64,000 nucleotides of DNA from Candidatus Parcubacteria bacterium. GTDB lineage: Bacteria > Patescibacteriota > Minisyncoccia > Phycocordibacterales > UBA5272. The stretch is from NCBI GenBank assembly GCA_039796775.1, contig JBDKJD010000002.1, positions 12,574-76,573 of the forward strand. The letters run 5' to 3'. Made by a program: the position numbers and the translations under genes. How positions within the stretch are numbered: the first letter of the stretch is position 1; every line of letters starts with the position of its first letter. The notes under the pieces are model-generated. The model saw only the letters and a list, made by a program, of their open reading frames with translations, did no database searches and was not told the DNA's origin. Shown piece after piece: positions 38,685 through 48,135 of the stretch.

Positions 38685-38763
38685 AAAAAAAGTATATCAC
38701 GCACATATCCCGGTCCACATATAATGAGAAGAGAGAGGACGGTAAGATGCTACACTTGCTTAT

Positions 38764-40401
38764 ATGGAATCAACATCTTCTCTTCATAATAAACTCTCTT
38801 TTTTAAAAACAATTGTTATTAACGTAGAATCATTTCTCAAAGAGCATATAACAGTAACCGCTCTCTTATTTGTTATCACATGCGCAGCTGTGTTTTTTGG
38901 TTTAACTTCACAAAGAGACACAAAAGAAGATGTATTTGTTGTAGGGAGAGTTCCACTTACTCAATCTGTGATGCTTACCGGTTCTGTACAAACATCAAAA
39001 GAAGCTAAGCTATCATTTGAAACTCAAGGCAAAGTGTCATTTGTGAATGCTGTTGTTGGTAAGAGAGTAAAACAAGGCGAAGTGCTCGCTACTATTTCGG
39101 CAGGGAGTCTCCAAGCTTCGGTATTAGAGGCAGAAGCTATAGTACTTAATAGAAAAGCTACACTTGCGCAATTAGAACAAGGTTCAAGAAAAGAAGAATT
39201 AGCGCTCAAAGAGCAGTTGGTGGCGAGCGCTAAGAGTAATCTTGATCAAACCTACAGAACACTCACCGAAACGATAGTTACAACAGAAGGAACCGTTGCA
39301 GATGTGATAAAGAATAAATTAGGATCATTATTTGTTTGGAACGGGTCTCAATATTCACTATCTTTTGTTTCATGTGATCAGAAGTTACAAGGTTCTATAG
39401 AATTGAAACGCACAGCACTTGAGAATACCATGGCGTCATTCCAATCAAAATCAGGCACTTTAAGCACACTCTCCTCTTCGTCAAAGATAGATACAGTATT
39501 TGAAGAAATGATACAAGTAGTAAATGATACCAATGAAATCGTGAGCCTCCTCTCACTTCTCCTGCTCAATTCTTGTAGTGCCGCTAATCCAAGCCTTGAT
39601 AGTTATAGAGCAAGCCTGTCAGTTGTTAAGACATCTATGTCTACAGTGTTTGCAGATATTGCAGCTAAGAGAAGCACACTCAGTACGTCCAAAAATAATT
39701 ACACTCAAGCAAGTAGAGATCTGGAATTGTCATTAGCTGGTTCCAATCCATATTCAATAAAAGCCCAAGTCGCTCTCGTGTCTCAGGCAGAAGCTGCACT
39801 CTTACAAGTCAAGACAAGTCTCGCCAAGACGATATTGCGAGCTCCTTTTGACGGTGTAGTGAGTGAAGTTGATCTCGTCGAGGGAGAAAATGTATCCGTT
39901 AACACTGCAGCAATTTCTCTTATCGCAGAGAAAGGGTTTGAGATAGAAGCAAAGATTCCAGAAATTGATATAGCTAAAGTAAGTACAGGTCAAAAAGTTC
40001 TCGTAACTCTAGATGCATACGGAAGAGATGTCACCTTCGATGCTTTTGTATCTCGCATCAATCCAACTGCGACCATTGAAGGATCTGTCCCACTATATAA
40101 AACAATTATCACCTTTGCTTCAAACGATGAACGTATCAAGCAAGGTATGACTGCGAATGTTACCATCATCACAAAAGAAAAATCATCCGTGTATGCAGTA
40201 CCTGCGAGATATGTGTTCTTTGTGAGTGACAAAAAAGGAACAGTAGATGTGTTAAAGGAAGGTAAAAGAGTAACTCAAGATATCACTATTGGAATTCGTG
40301 GAGATAAGGGGATGCTTGAAATAGAAGAAGGTGTTGTTGAAGGTGACATTATTCTGCCTCAAGAAACCAAAGAAAGAAAAGCTCAGAAACAAAATAACTA
40401 A
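38764..40401 (+). CDS. HlyD/MacA-type membrane-fusion (periplasmic adaptor) protein of an ABC efflux system
   Basis: Biotin-lipoyl-like segment KVSFVNAVVGKRVKQGEVLATI, coiled-coil hairpin, and a C-terminal beta domain. The true start may be internal. Confidence 0.65.
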   Translation: MESTSSLHNKLSFLKTIVINVESFLKEHITVTALLFVITCAAVFFGLTSQRDTKEDVFVVGRVPLTQSVMLTGSVQTSKEAKLSFETQGKVSFVNAVVGKRVKQGEVLATISAGSLQASVLEAEAIVLNRKATLAQLEQGSRKEELALKEQLVASAKSNLDQTYRTLTETIVTTEGTVADVIKNKLGSLFVWNGSQYSLSFVSCDQKLQGSIELKRTALENTMASFQSKSGTLSTLSSSSKIDTVFEEMIQVVNDTNEIVSLLSLLLLNSCSAANPSLDSYRASLSVVKTSMSTVFADIAAKRSTLSTSKNNYTQASRDLELSLAGSNPYSIKAQVALVSQAEAALLQVKTSLAKTILRAPFDGVVSEVDLVEGENVSVNTAAISLIAEKGFEIEAKIPEIDIAKVSTGQKVLVTLDAYGRDVTFDAFVSRINPTATIEGSVPLYKTIITFASNDERIKQGMTANVTIITKEKSSVYAVPARYVFFVSDKKGTVDVLKEGKRVTQDITIGIRGDKGMLEIEEGVVEGDIILPQETKERKAQKQNN

Positions 40402-40415
40402 GCTTTATTTTTTAA

Positions 40416-41741
40416 ATGAAATCATTTATCACTACATTACGACTCGCACTCTTTCTCTCTGTTCGTCAGATCAAACGATCATCTCGTTATGCGACTGGAC
40501 TCATTGTGTTCATCATGATGCTCACCTTCCTTAACCTTGTCGCGACAAGCGGATTCTTGGTTGGAATTGTAGAGGGAGCATCTCGAGCATTCAAGGAGCA
40601 GTGGACAGGAGACTTGATGATTGTGAATCGTGATGAAAAGGATTATATAGAAAAAACACAAGATATTCTAGGCATGGTGAGCACCTTTAATGAAGTTGAG
40701 AGTTACTCCCCTCGTGTAGTAGCGGGAGCAAAAATAGAAGCCAATTGGTGGGAGAAGAGAAATGAGGAAGAGGCTAACAGTGTTTCTAATTCTATAGCGG
40801 GAGTGAATCCGACACAAGAAGAGAATACAACAAGTTTAAGTAATGCCGTTGTTGAAGGAGAGTGGTTAAAGGAAGGAGATGCAAGAGGGATAGTGATAGG
40901 ATCAGGCTATCTCGAAGAATATTCAAGAGTGAAAGATCTCATCTCTTTATTAAGAGAGGTTAGACCAGGAACTGTCGTGAGGGTGACTGTCACAGGGCGA
41001 CCACAAGAGACTGGAGACCCAGATCAACAATTACAAGAGTCTGTGGCACAAGCAGGCCCTGTTTCTGTAACACAAGATTTTATTGTACGAGGAATTATTA
41101 ATTCAAAAGTACAATTCGTGTCTTCTCGAGCGTATATACTGGATAGCGAATTAAAGAAAATGTTAGGGAAGACTGATACTGATGTATCAGAAATCGCTAT
41201 ACGCATGAAAGAAGGAGCTGATCCGTATATTGTTAAGACTCCGCTTATCAATAATGGTTTTAGTTCATACGCTAAGATCAATACAGTGGAAGAAGGGTCC
41301 CCTGAATTTTTGGTGAGCATCAAACTTTTCTTTAGCATTATTGGAACTATCTTGGGGTCTGTGTCTGTTGTTGTAGCGCTCATCACTATCTTCATTATTA
41401 TCTATATCAATGCATTAACCAGAAGAAGACAAATAGGAATATTAAAAGCAGTTGGAGTAACTGAGCAAGCGATAGAGATAAGTTATATATTTCAAGCGGT
41501 GTTTTATGTAGTGACAGGCTCTTTGGTGGCACTCCTTATTATTTTCGGTATTCTCAAACCTTATATCGATGCTAATCCAATAGATACACCGTTTGCGCTT
41601 ATCGTATTAGTTGCTGAACCACTAAATGTACTTACCAAGTTTATGCTTGTTGTGATTGTATCAATATTTGCTGGATATATTCCTGCTCGTATTATAGTGA
41701 ACACTAATACACTGAATGCCATCTTAGGAAGAAATAAATAA
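40416..41741 (+). CDS. ABC transporter permease, FtsX/MacB-like
   Basis: N-terminal TM, a large extracytoplasmic domain, and 3 C-terminal TMs of the FtsX fold. Confidence 0.7.
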   Translation: MKSFITTLRLALFLSVRQIKRSSRYATGLIVFIMMLTFLNLVATSGFLVGIVEGASRAFKEQWTGDLMIVNRDEKDYIEKTQDILGMVSTFNEVESYSPRVVAGAKIEANWWEKRNEEEANSVSNSIAGVNPTQEENTTSLSNAVVEGEWLKEGDARGIVIGSGYLEEYSRVKDLISLLREVRPGTVVRVTVTGRPQETGDPDQQLQESVAQAGPVSVTQDFIVRGIINSKVQFVSSRAYILDSELKKMLGKTDTDVSEIAIRMKEGADPYIVKTPLINNGFSSYAKINTVEEGSPEFLVSIKLFFSIIGTILGSVSVVVALITIFIIIYINALTRRRQIGILKAVGVTEQAIEISYIFQAVFYVVTGSLVALLIIFGILKPYIDANPIDTPFALIVLVAEPLNVLTKFMLVVIVSIFAGYIPARIIVNTNTLNAILGRNK

Positions 41742-41873
41742 AATACAGAACATAGAATATAGGGTGTAGAGCGCAGATTAGAGTGCAGAATGTAGAAGAT
41801 AGAATACAGAGTGTATACATGTGTCACGTCGATAAGATTATGCATGCTACACTTTCTATAAGAATTATTACAC

Positions 41874-42545
41874 ATGAATACAATTATTAAAGCAAAAGAG
41901 ATACGAAAAAGTTTCACCGATGGTCAGACTACCACCGAAGTCTTAAAAGGTATAGATTTAGAAGTCAAACAAGGAGAATTCGTCGCTATTATGGGGCGCT
42001 CTGGTGCTGGGAAAAGTACTCTTCTCTATCAGCTTTCTCTTCTTGATACACCAACATCTGGAACAATAGTTATTGATGATACAGTGATAGACACTCTCGC
42101 CACCTCACAAAAGACTTCATTTAGATTGCACACGCTTGGTTATGTATTTCAAGATTATTCTCTCTTACCGGAACTCACGGCACTTGAGAATATTATGGTC
42201 CCCCTTTTGATGCAGGGAGTAGGTGAAGATCTTGCCAAGAAGCGTGCAGAAGAAGCACTCATTAGTGTTAACTTGGGACACAGAAAAGACAACACCCCAT
42301 CTGAACTCTCCGGTGGTGAACAACAGCGTGTGTCTATAGCGCGCGCGATTACCCATAAGCCAAAGATTTTGTTTGCGGACGAACCAACAGCCAACCTTGA
42401 CTCTTTTTCTTCGCAGACTGTAATGGAGATTTTCCAAAAGTTAAATAAAGAGGATAAGCTCACGATTGTGATGGTGACTCATGAGCTTGAATATGGGAAG
42501 CTGGCAGATAGAATAGTGAAGTTGTCAGATGGAGTGGTAGTGTAA
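41874..42545 (+). CDS. ABC transporter ATP-binding protein (MacB/LolD-like)
   Basis: Walker A GRSGAGKST, signature LSGGEQQRVSIARA, Walker B ILFADEPT. Confidence 0.85.
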   Translation: MNTIIKAKEIRKSFTDGQTTTEVLKGIDLEVKQGEFVAIMGRSGAGKSTLLYQLSLLDTPTSGTIVIDDTVIDTLATSQKTSFRLHTLGYVFQDYSLLPELTALENIMVPLLMQGVGEDLAKKRAEEALISVNLGHRKDNTPSELSGGEQQRVSIARAITHKPKILFADEPTANLDSFSSQTVMEIFQKLNKEDKLTIVMVTHELEYGKLADRIVKLSDGVVV

Positions 42546-42607
42546 GGGTAGTTGTTAGCCCGTAGTTTGTAGTTTAAAAGACTGTTAAAATGTTCTTGGG
42601 CAACCCC

Positions 42608-42635
42608 TTGCAATTTTATAAAATTGTTATATAAT
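42608..42635 (+). promoter_or_regulatory. candidate sigma70 promoter: TTGCAA, 16-nt spacer, TATAAT
   Basis: Consensus-like hexamers read directly. A short hairpin (CGGAC-GAGGA-GTCCG) at 42668..42682 and a T7 tract at 42691..42697 lie about 30-55 nt downstream. Confidence 0.35.
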
Positions 42636-42814
42636 ATAGATATATACGGATGTGATTGATTGTGAGTCGGACGAGGAGTCCGGCCATTCGTTTTTTTAGG
42701 GGTCCCGTATTCCCCTTATGGTATAAGAATATAGATTCTTTATACATGCATTATTATAGTATTATCAATAACCTTAATTCATAGTTTTAGTTATTAGTTG
42801 TTGTGAATCTTGTA

Positions 42815-42848
42815 TTTACTACTAACTACTAACTACTAACTACTAACT
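42815..42848. repeat. tandem heptad (ACTAACT)n, about 4.5 copies, immediately upstream of the nusA ATG
   Basis: Counted directly. Confidence 0.8.
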
Positions 42849-42852
42849 ATCT

Positions 42853-44244
42853 ATGTTGGACATCAAAGCCCTAAACGTTGCACTCATGCAACTTGAAGAT
42901 GAAAAGAAAATTGCTCATGAAAAAGTAGTAGACGCAGTCGAGAAGTCTCTCGCTGCTGCCTATCAAAAAGAATATGGTAAGCGTGGCCAAATCGTACGTT
43001 GCCAGATTAACTTTGAATCAGGTGAGACTAATTTTGAACAAGTAAAAATCGTTGTTGACGAAACAACAGTTCGTATGCCTCTTGAAGGAGAGGATGAGAA
43101 TACTCCAGACCCTGTTACAGAAGAAGGAGTTGAATTACTTCCTCGTTATAATGAAGAGCGACACATCTTACTCTCTACCGCTAAACTTCTTAAGAAGAAT
43201 GCAGAACTCGGAGAAGAGATCATATTCCCACTTGATAATCAAGAAGATTTCGGACGTATTGCAGCTCAAACAGCGAAGCAAGTAATTGTTCAGAAACTTC
43301 GTGAAGCAGAACGAGAATCAATAGTAGGAGAATACAAAGACAAAGAGAACACCATTGTCTCTGGTATTGTGCAACGCGTTGAACGTGGCACTGCATTCAT
43401 CGACCTAGGACGAACAACGGCGATTCTTCCTTTTGAAGAACAAATAGCCACAGAGAGACTAAGACCAGGTGAACGTATACGAGCATACCTCTTCTCTATC
43501 GAAGAAGGAATGCGCGGTCTTTCAATCAGACTTTCTCGATCACATCCAAAATTCTTGATTGAACTTTTCAAAAATGAAAGCGCAGAAATAAAAGACGGCA
43601 CTGTCGAAATCGTAGCAGTTGCTCGTGAACCAGGTACTCGTTCTAAGATTGCTGTAAAAGCAACAGATGAGAGAATCGATCCAATTGGAGCGTGTGTTGG
43701 ACAGCGCGGAGCGAGAGTTTCGGCCATTACTCAAGAGTTATCAGGTGAAAAGATTGATGTTATCGAATGGTCAGATGACTCACGTCGCTTCATCGCAACT
43801 GCACTTTCTCCAGCAAAGGTGGTGTCAATTGAACTTGATGAGACAGATAGAAAGGCGCTCGTCACCGTATCTCGAGAAGAGCAATCATTAGCTATCGGTA
43901 AAGGAGGTCAAAACGTTCGTTTAGCTGCTAAGCTCACCGGATGGAAGATCGACATTGTTTCAAATGGAGAAATGGTAGCAGAAGCAGATGAAGAAGGAGA
44001 GTTCACAGCAGAAAGTCCTATCACTGATGAAACAATAGAAGAACAAGCAGAAGCTGTGGTGCATGATATGCAAGCAGTAGAAGACGTTGTTCCAAATAAT
44101 GCAGAGATAGAAAATGTAGTAGAAGAAGTAGCACAAGAAGTGACAGTGGAAGCTGTCGAAGAAGATAAGACTGTTGCAGAAGTCACAGAAGAAGCGGTGG
44201 ACAACATCGTTGAAGACGCTGCTAAACCAGAGGAAACTAAATAA
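42853..44244 (+). CDS. nusA: transcription termination/antitermination factor NusA (with acidic C-terminal tail)
   Basis: N-terminal domain, S1 and KH domains (GQRGARVSAITQEL, IGKGGQNVRLAAKLTGW). Confidence 0.85.
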   Translation: MLDIKALNVALMQLEDEKKIAHEKVVDAVEKSLAAAYQKEYGKRGQIVRCQINFESGETNFEQVKIVVDETTVRMPLEGEDENTPDPVTEEGVELLPRYNEERHILLSTAKLLKKNAELGEEIIFPLDNQEDFGRIAAQTAKQVIVQKLREAERESIVGEYKDKENTIVSGIVQRVERGTAFIDLGRTTAILPFEEQIATERLRPGERIRAYLFSIEEGMRGLSIRLSRSHPKFLIELFKNESAEIKDGTVEIVAVAREPGTRSKIAVKATDERIDPIGACVGQRGARVSAITQELSGEKIDVIEWSDDSRRFIATALSPAKVVSIELDETDRKALVTVSREEQSLAIGKGGQNVRLAAKLTGWKIDIVSNGEMVAEADEEGEFTAESPITDETIEEQAEAVVHDMQAVEDVVPNNAEIENVVEEVAQEVTVEAVEEDKTVAEVTEEAVDNIVEDAAKPEETK

Positions 44245-44303
44245 GTAGCAAGTAGAGAGGTATAACCACTAACTAATTACTAATAACTAATTACTATCTA
44301 ACT

Positions 44304-44834
44304 ATGAATTTACTTCACGATATTACTCCAGGAAACGATATTCCAAATGAAATTAATGTCATCGTTGAAATTAATAAAGGGTCAAAGAATAAGTATGAGC
44401 TCGATAAAGAGACAGGACTTATTAAGCTTGATCGTGTGATGCATACAGCTCAAGACTACCCTTTTGATTATGGGTATATTCCACAAACACATTGGCATGA
44501 TGGAGACCCTCTTGATGTTGTGCTTCTAACTACTCACCCACTTATGCCTGGTATTTTGGTCGAGGCTCGTCCTGTTGCTGTAATGGATATGGTTGATTCA
44601 GGAGAGAGTGATGCGAAGATAGTAGCAGTCCCAGTAGGAGATCCACGTTTCAAGAATGTGCACTCTCTTAAGGATATTAACGAGCATACACTAAAAGAAA
44701 TTGAACATTTTTGGGTAACATATAAACAAGTTCAAAAAAAGATTGTTACTATTGATTCAATTCGTGACGTGGAGGATGCTAAAAATGTTATCAAAGAAGG
44801 TGTAGAACTTTATAAAAAAGAATTTAATAAGTAA
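44304..44834 (+). CDS. ppa: inorganic pyrophosphatase
   Basis: DYPFDYGYIP and DGDPLDVV motifs. Confidence 0.85.
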   Translation: MNLLHDITPGNDIPNEINVIVEINKGSKNKYELDKETGLIKLDRVMHTAQDYPFDYGYIPQTHWHDGDPLDVVLLTTHPLMPGILVEARPVAVMDMVDSGESDAKIVAVPVGDPRFKNVHSLKDINEHTLKEIEHFWVTYKQVQKKIVTIDSIRDVEDAKNVIKEGVELYKKEFNK

Positions 44835-44878
44835 TTGGTCTACTAATTACGAATTACTAATAACCAATTACTATAGTT

Positions 44879-45997
44879 ATGAAATTTGAAAAGAAAGAAT
44901 TACCTAAGTCACAAGTCGAAATAAAAGTATCACTCACCGAAGAAGAATTCGAAAGCTATCATTCAAAAGCGTTTCAATCTATTCAAAAAGAAATAGAGAT
45001 TGATGGATTCCGCAAAGGGAACGCCCCAGAGAATATTATCGTTCAGAAGTATGGTGAGATGATCATCTTGGAAGAGATGGGTAATATCGCCTTACGTGAT
45101 GCGTATGTCAAAGCAATTGATGAACATAAGATTAATCCAATCGCTCAACCAGCTATCACTATTACAAAAATAGCCAAGGGTAATCCATTTGAAGCGACAA
45201 TTACTATACCAGTATTACCTGAAGTATCTCTTCCTGATTATAAGAAAATCGCACAAGGAGTAGCCGTAGAAGATGTTGATTCCCCTATTAAAGAAGAAGA
45301 GGTACATGTTGTACTCGAAGAGTTAAGAAAGGGCAGAGCAGGTTCAGGCCACCACGATCATAATCATGACAGCCATGATCATCATGATCATGAGCACAGT
45401 CACGAAGGACATGATCATCATCACGATCATAACCATAGTCATGATCACAAAGAAGAAGGAGATAAAGCCGTTACTCTCCCAGAACTCGATGACGTCTTCG
45501 CTCAATCATTCGGAGAAAGTTTCAAGACAATAGATGATTTGAAGAATAAAATCAGAGAGAATCTCTCACTTGAAAAGAAACAAAAAGCAGGAGAGAAGCG
45601 AAGAGTTTCTATTATGGAGTCTTTGATCAAAGAATCAAAGGCTGATCTACCAGACGCAATGATAGAAGGAGAGTTGCAATCCATGATGGCTCAGTTTAAG
45701 GGGGATATCACCCGTTTTGGAGGAACATGGGAAGATTATCTTACTCATGCCAAGAAAACAGAAGATGAAATCAAGTCTTCATGGCGTGATGATGCAGCGA
45801 AGCGTGCTCTGAGCCAAGTTATTTTGCATAAGATTGCAGAAATAGAGAAGCTGCAAGCAACAGAAGCAGAAGTTGAAGTAGAACTCGTCCGCCTCTTGTC
45901 TCAAGTGCAGGATGCAGATGAAGAAAGAGCAAAAGCGTATCTCTATCAAGCGCTCTCAAATGATAAAGTAATGAGATTCCTAGAAGAGGTTAAATAA
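44879..45997 (+). CDS. tig: trigger factor-like chaperone lacking a recognisable PPIase domain, with a His/Asp-rich insert
   Basis: N-terminal ribosome-binding signature GFRKGNAP. The C-terminal arm domain is present. Residues about 160-200 read GSGHHDHNHDSHDHHDHEHSHEGHDHHHDHNHSHDH where the FKBP domain normally lies. Confidence 0.7.
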   Translation: MKFEKKELPKSQVEIKVSLTEEEFESYHSKAFQSIQKEIEIDGFRKGNAPENIIVQKYGEMIILEEMGNIALRDAYVKAIDEHKINPIAQPAITITKIAKGNPFEATITIPVLPEVSLPDYKKIAQGVAVEDVDSPIKEEEVHVVLEELRKGRAGSGHHDHNHDSHDHHDHEHSHEGHDHHHDHNHSHDHKEEGDKAVTLPELDDVFAQSFGESFKTIDDLKNKIRENLSLEKKQKAGEKRRVSIMESLIKESKADLPDAMIEGELQSMMAQFKGDITRFGGTWEDYLTHAKKTEDEIKSSWRDDAAKRALSQVILHKIAEIEKLQATEAEVEVELVRLLSQVQDADEERAKAYLYQALSNDKVMRFLEEVK

Positions 45998-46001
45998 GTA
46001 C

Positions 46002-46068
46002 GACAGCGGAAAGGGAATACAAAAAGCAGACCAAGATGGTCTGCTTTTTGTATTCCCTTTCCGCTGTC
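46002..46068. repeat. 67-nt perfect palindrome (31-bp stem, loop AAGA) between convergent tig and doxX; bidirectional terminator-like
   Basis: GACAGCGGAAAGGGAATACAAAAAGCAGACC-AAGA-GGTCTGCTTTTTGTATTCCCTTTCCGCTGTC, read from the sequence. Confidence 0.7.
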
Positions 46069-46105
46069 TGAGACGACTCGCGTTTGAGAATTTTAGAAAA
46101 GATAA

Positions 46106-46489
46106 TTACCCTTTCTTTCCATGAACTGCACAATTACCACATGAACATGCAACAGCTGCCATAATACCACCAACAACAGCTAGATTCTTGAGCGCCATGA
46201 TGACATTCATTTGATTTGAGAAGTCACGATGAGCGATGAGAGTCGCAAGTACAGTGAATGTGATAAGAGCATATCCAGTTTCTTTTACTTTATATCCATA
46301 TGCGAATGCGAGCGCTACTGGAATTTCAATGATAACAACTATTAACGCTGCAAGCATTGGAACAGGGAGGTTCATTTGTCCAAGACTATTAGCAAAAACG
46401 TCAAAATCCATCGCCTTGCCGATACCAGCGAATACGAATAATAATGCAATAAAGGAACGAGCGATGAGAGCGTAATTTATATTTTTCAT
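46106..46489 (-). CDS. DoxX family membrane protein
   Basis: Four TM helices and a DoxX-like LFVFAGIGK motif. Confidence 0.55.
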   Translation of the reverse strand: MKNINYALIARSFIALLFVFAGIGKAMDFDVFANSLGQMNLPVPMLAALIVVIIEIPVALAFAYGYKVKETGYALITFTVLATLIAHRDFSNQMNVIMALKNLAVVGGIMAAVACSCGNCAVHGKKG

Positions 46490-46555
46490 AGTATAGTTAA
46501 AGTTTTTAGAGATGCCTTAAAGAGGCTTATCATTAAGTGTATCATGCACCTTCTC

Positions 46556-47236
46556 CTACAAAAGTATTTTAGCTATTAGAGCGACTGCGGCAGTGTCAGC
46601 TCTTAGTACAGAAGCTGTTATTTTAAAGGGCGATACGCTATTTTCTGTGGCTGATTGTAGTTCTTCCTCAGTCCATCCACCCTCTGGTCCAACCCAAATA
46701 CCATCACACACATCAGGGAAAATAGATGCTTCTGTTGTGATGTCCCCAATAATCTGAGAAGAAGACATGAAAGAGATCGCTTCTTTGAAGGTCGTCACAT
46801 CATGAAGTACAGGAATATCTCCCCTCCCTGACTGTTCGGCACTTTCTATAAGTATTTTCTCTAGACGCTCTTTATTAAAAGACTTTTTCTCCGATCGTGT
46901 AGAAAGTATGGGTACTATATGTGTAATAAGTAATTCAGTCGCCTGTCGTAGTGTCGTTTCAAACGCTTCTCTTTTGGTGAGTGCTATAAAAAGAAAGGTA
47001 TTTCTAGGAGGTTTGACATTTGGTCGCTTTTCTATGAGACGGAGCACAGCTCTTTTTTTATCCAAAGCTACGAATTCATACACATAATCATTAAACGTTG
47101 TCTCCAAAGAGAAAAGGAGCACCAGATCATGCTCTTCGTATCGAAATACAGAGAACCACTGATGCACCATTTCTTTATTGTCTATGATTAGCTCTTCACC
47201 AAGGGGCTGTTGTACATAGAAGCGATGTAGTCGCAT
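46556..47236 (-). CDS. rsmE: 16S rRNA (uracil1498-N3)-methyltransferase RsmE
   Basis: MRLHRFYV N-terminus and the GPEGGWT motif near the C-terminus. Confidence 0.7.
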   Translation of the reverse strand: MRLHRFYVQQPLGEELIIDNKEMVHQWFSVFRYEEHDLVLLFSLETTFNDYVYEFVALDKKRAVLRLIEKRPNVKPPRNTFLFIALTKREAFETTLRQATELLITHIVPILSTRSEKKSFNKERLEKILIESAEQSGRGDIPVLHDVTTFKEAISFMSSSQIIGDITTEASIFPDVCDGIWVGPEGGWTEEELQSATENSVSPFKITASVLRADTAAVALIAKILL

Positions 47237-48135
47237 ATCTGTAGACTACAGAGAACAATAAGACATTGCAACAAAAAACAAAAGACAATTTTTTGATAAG
47301 AGTTCGGAAGTAATAACAGCAGACCGACAATCATAAAGGACTTATCCACAGCTCATCACTTGCGCGTAAGAGACATATGAATTATCATTAAGGACAGAGT
47401 AAAAGAAATATGCATAGACGCTCTCCTGTGCGTAACAGGTAATCAAATGTCGTAATTCTTTTATTGTGAATATTGTTCTATATCGCGGAAACTTTTTAAA
47501 ACAACTATCCGCACAAAATAAAATAACCAGAGGAATAAACTCTTACTCTATAGTGTGAAATTGTGGACATGATAGACAGTAGTCATGATTTGCGCTGAGA
47601 TAGCGTATGTGAAAGACGTTGTCATTATCAAAACCCTACAAAACCCCTTGCATCCTGTGTTCAATCCTATTTGAACCTAGAATGCAAGGGGTTTTCTTAT
47701 GTGTTAATTATGGAAGCGTACACAACAAAAGATACGCTACAAAGTGTGGTGTAAGAGTTCTTTAGCCGCAGGTGTCTCTTAAAAGTCAAAAGTGTTTCAT
47801 TGATTGTCCGTTATCCACAACTAGCATATTGTCTCTTATGTATATCCGAGGTATTCTTAATTACAGAGTAGTTATGTGTACTCGTTTACGCTCACCCATG
47901 CGATTATTGGGACTATACTAACGTTGTAGTACGACTACAAAAGCTCTTTGTGTCTTGGTGCTCGTGATCTAATAACAATACACTTGATCACATTTTGCTC
48001 TTTATTTATTTTAATGTAGGTTTCCTAGACTACTATGTAAAATAACAACAACAAAAGCCTCTAGCGTGTGTGCGTGAAGGAGAATACTCCAATCACGACT
48101 ACACTCTAGAGGCTTTTTCTTTCTTAAAGTTAAGG
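47237..48135. other. 900-bp ORF-free AT-rich region with two perfect DnaA boxes (TTATCCACA at 47342..47350 and 47811..47819), two 7/9 variants, long-loop hairpins and an AT-rich stretch; candidate oriC or DnaA-titration region, or host of an unannotated ncRNA
   Basis: No ORF of 60 aa or more in any frame. Boxes read directly. A hairpin (AAAAGCCTCTAG ... CTAGAGGCTTTT) plus T-rich tail at 48053..48120 ends the region. Confidence 0.4.

Noticed and set aside
47237-48135. Considered whether the ORF-free 900 bp encodes RNase P RNA, tmRNA or SRP RNA
   Set aside because: I could not find the conserved P4/CR motifs, a tRNA-like T-arm with a tag ORF, or the SRP domain IV motif by eye. It is left as a candidate oriC/ncRNA region rather than called as a specific RNA.
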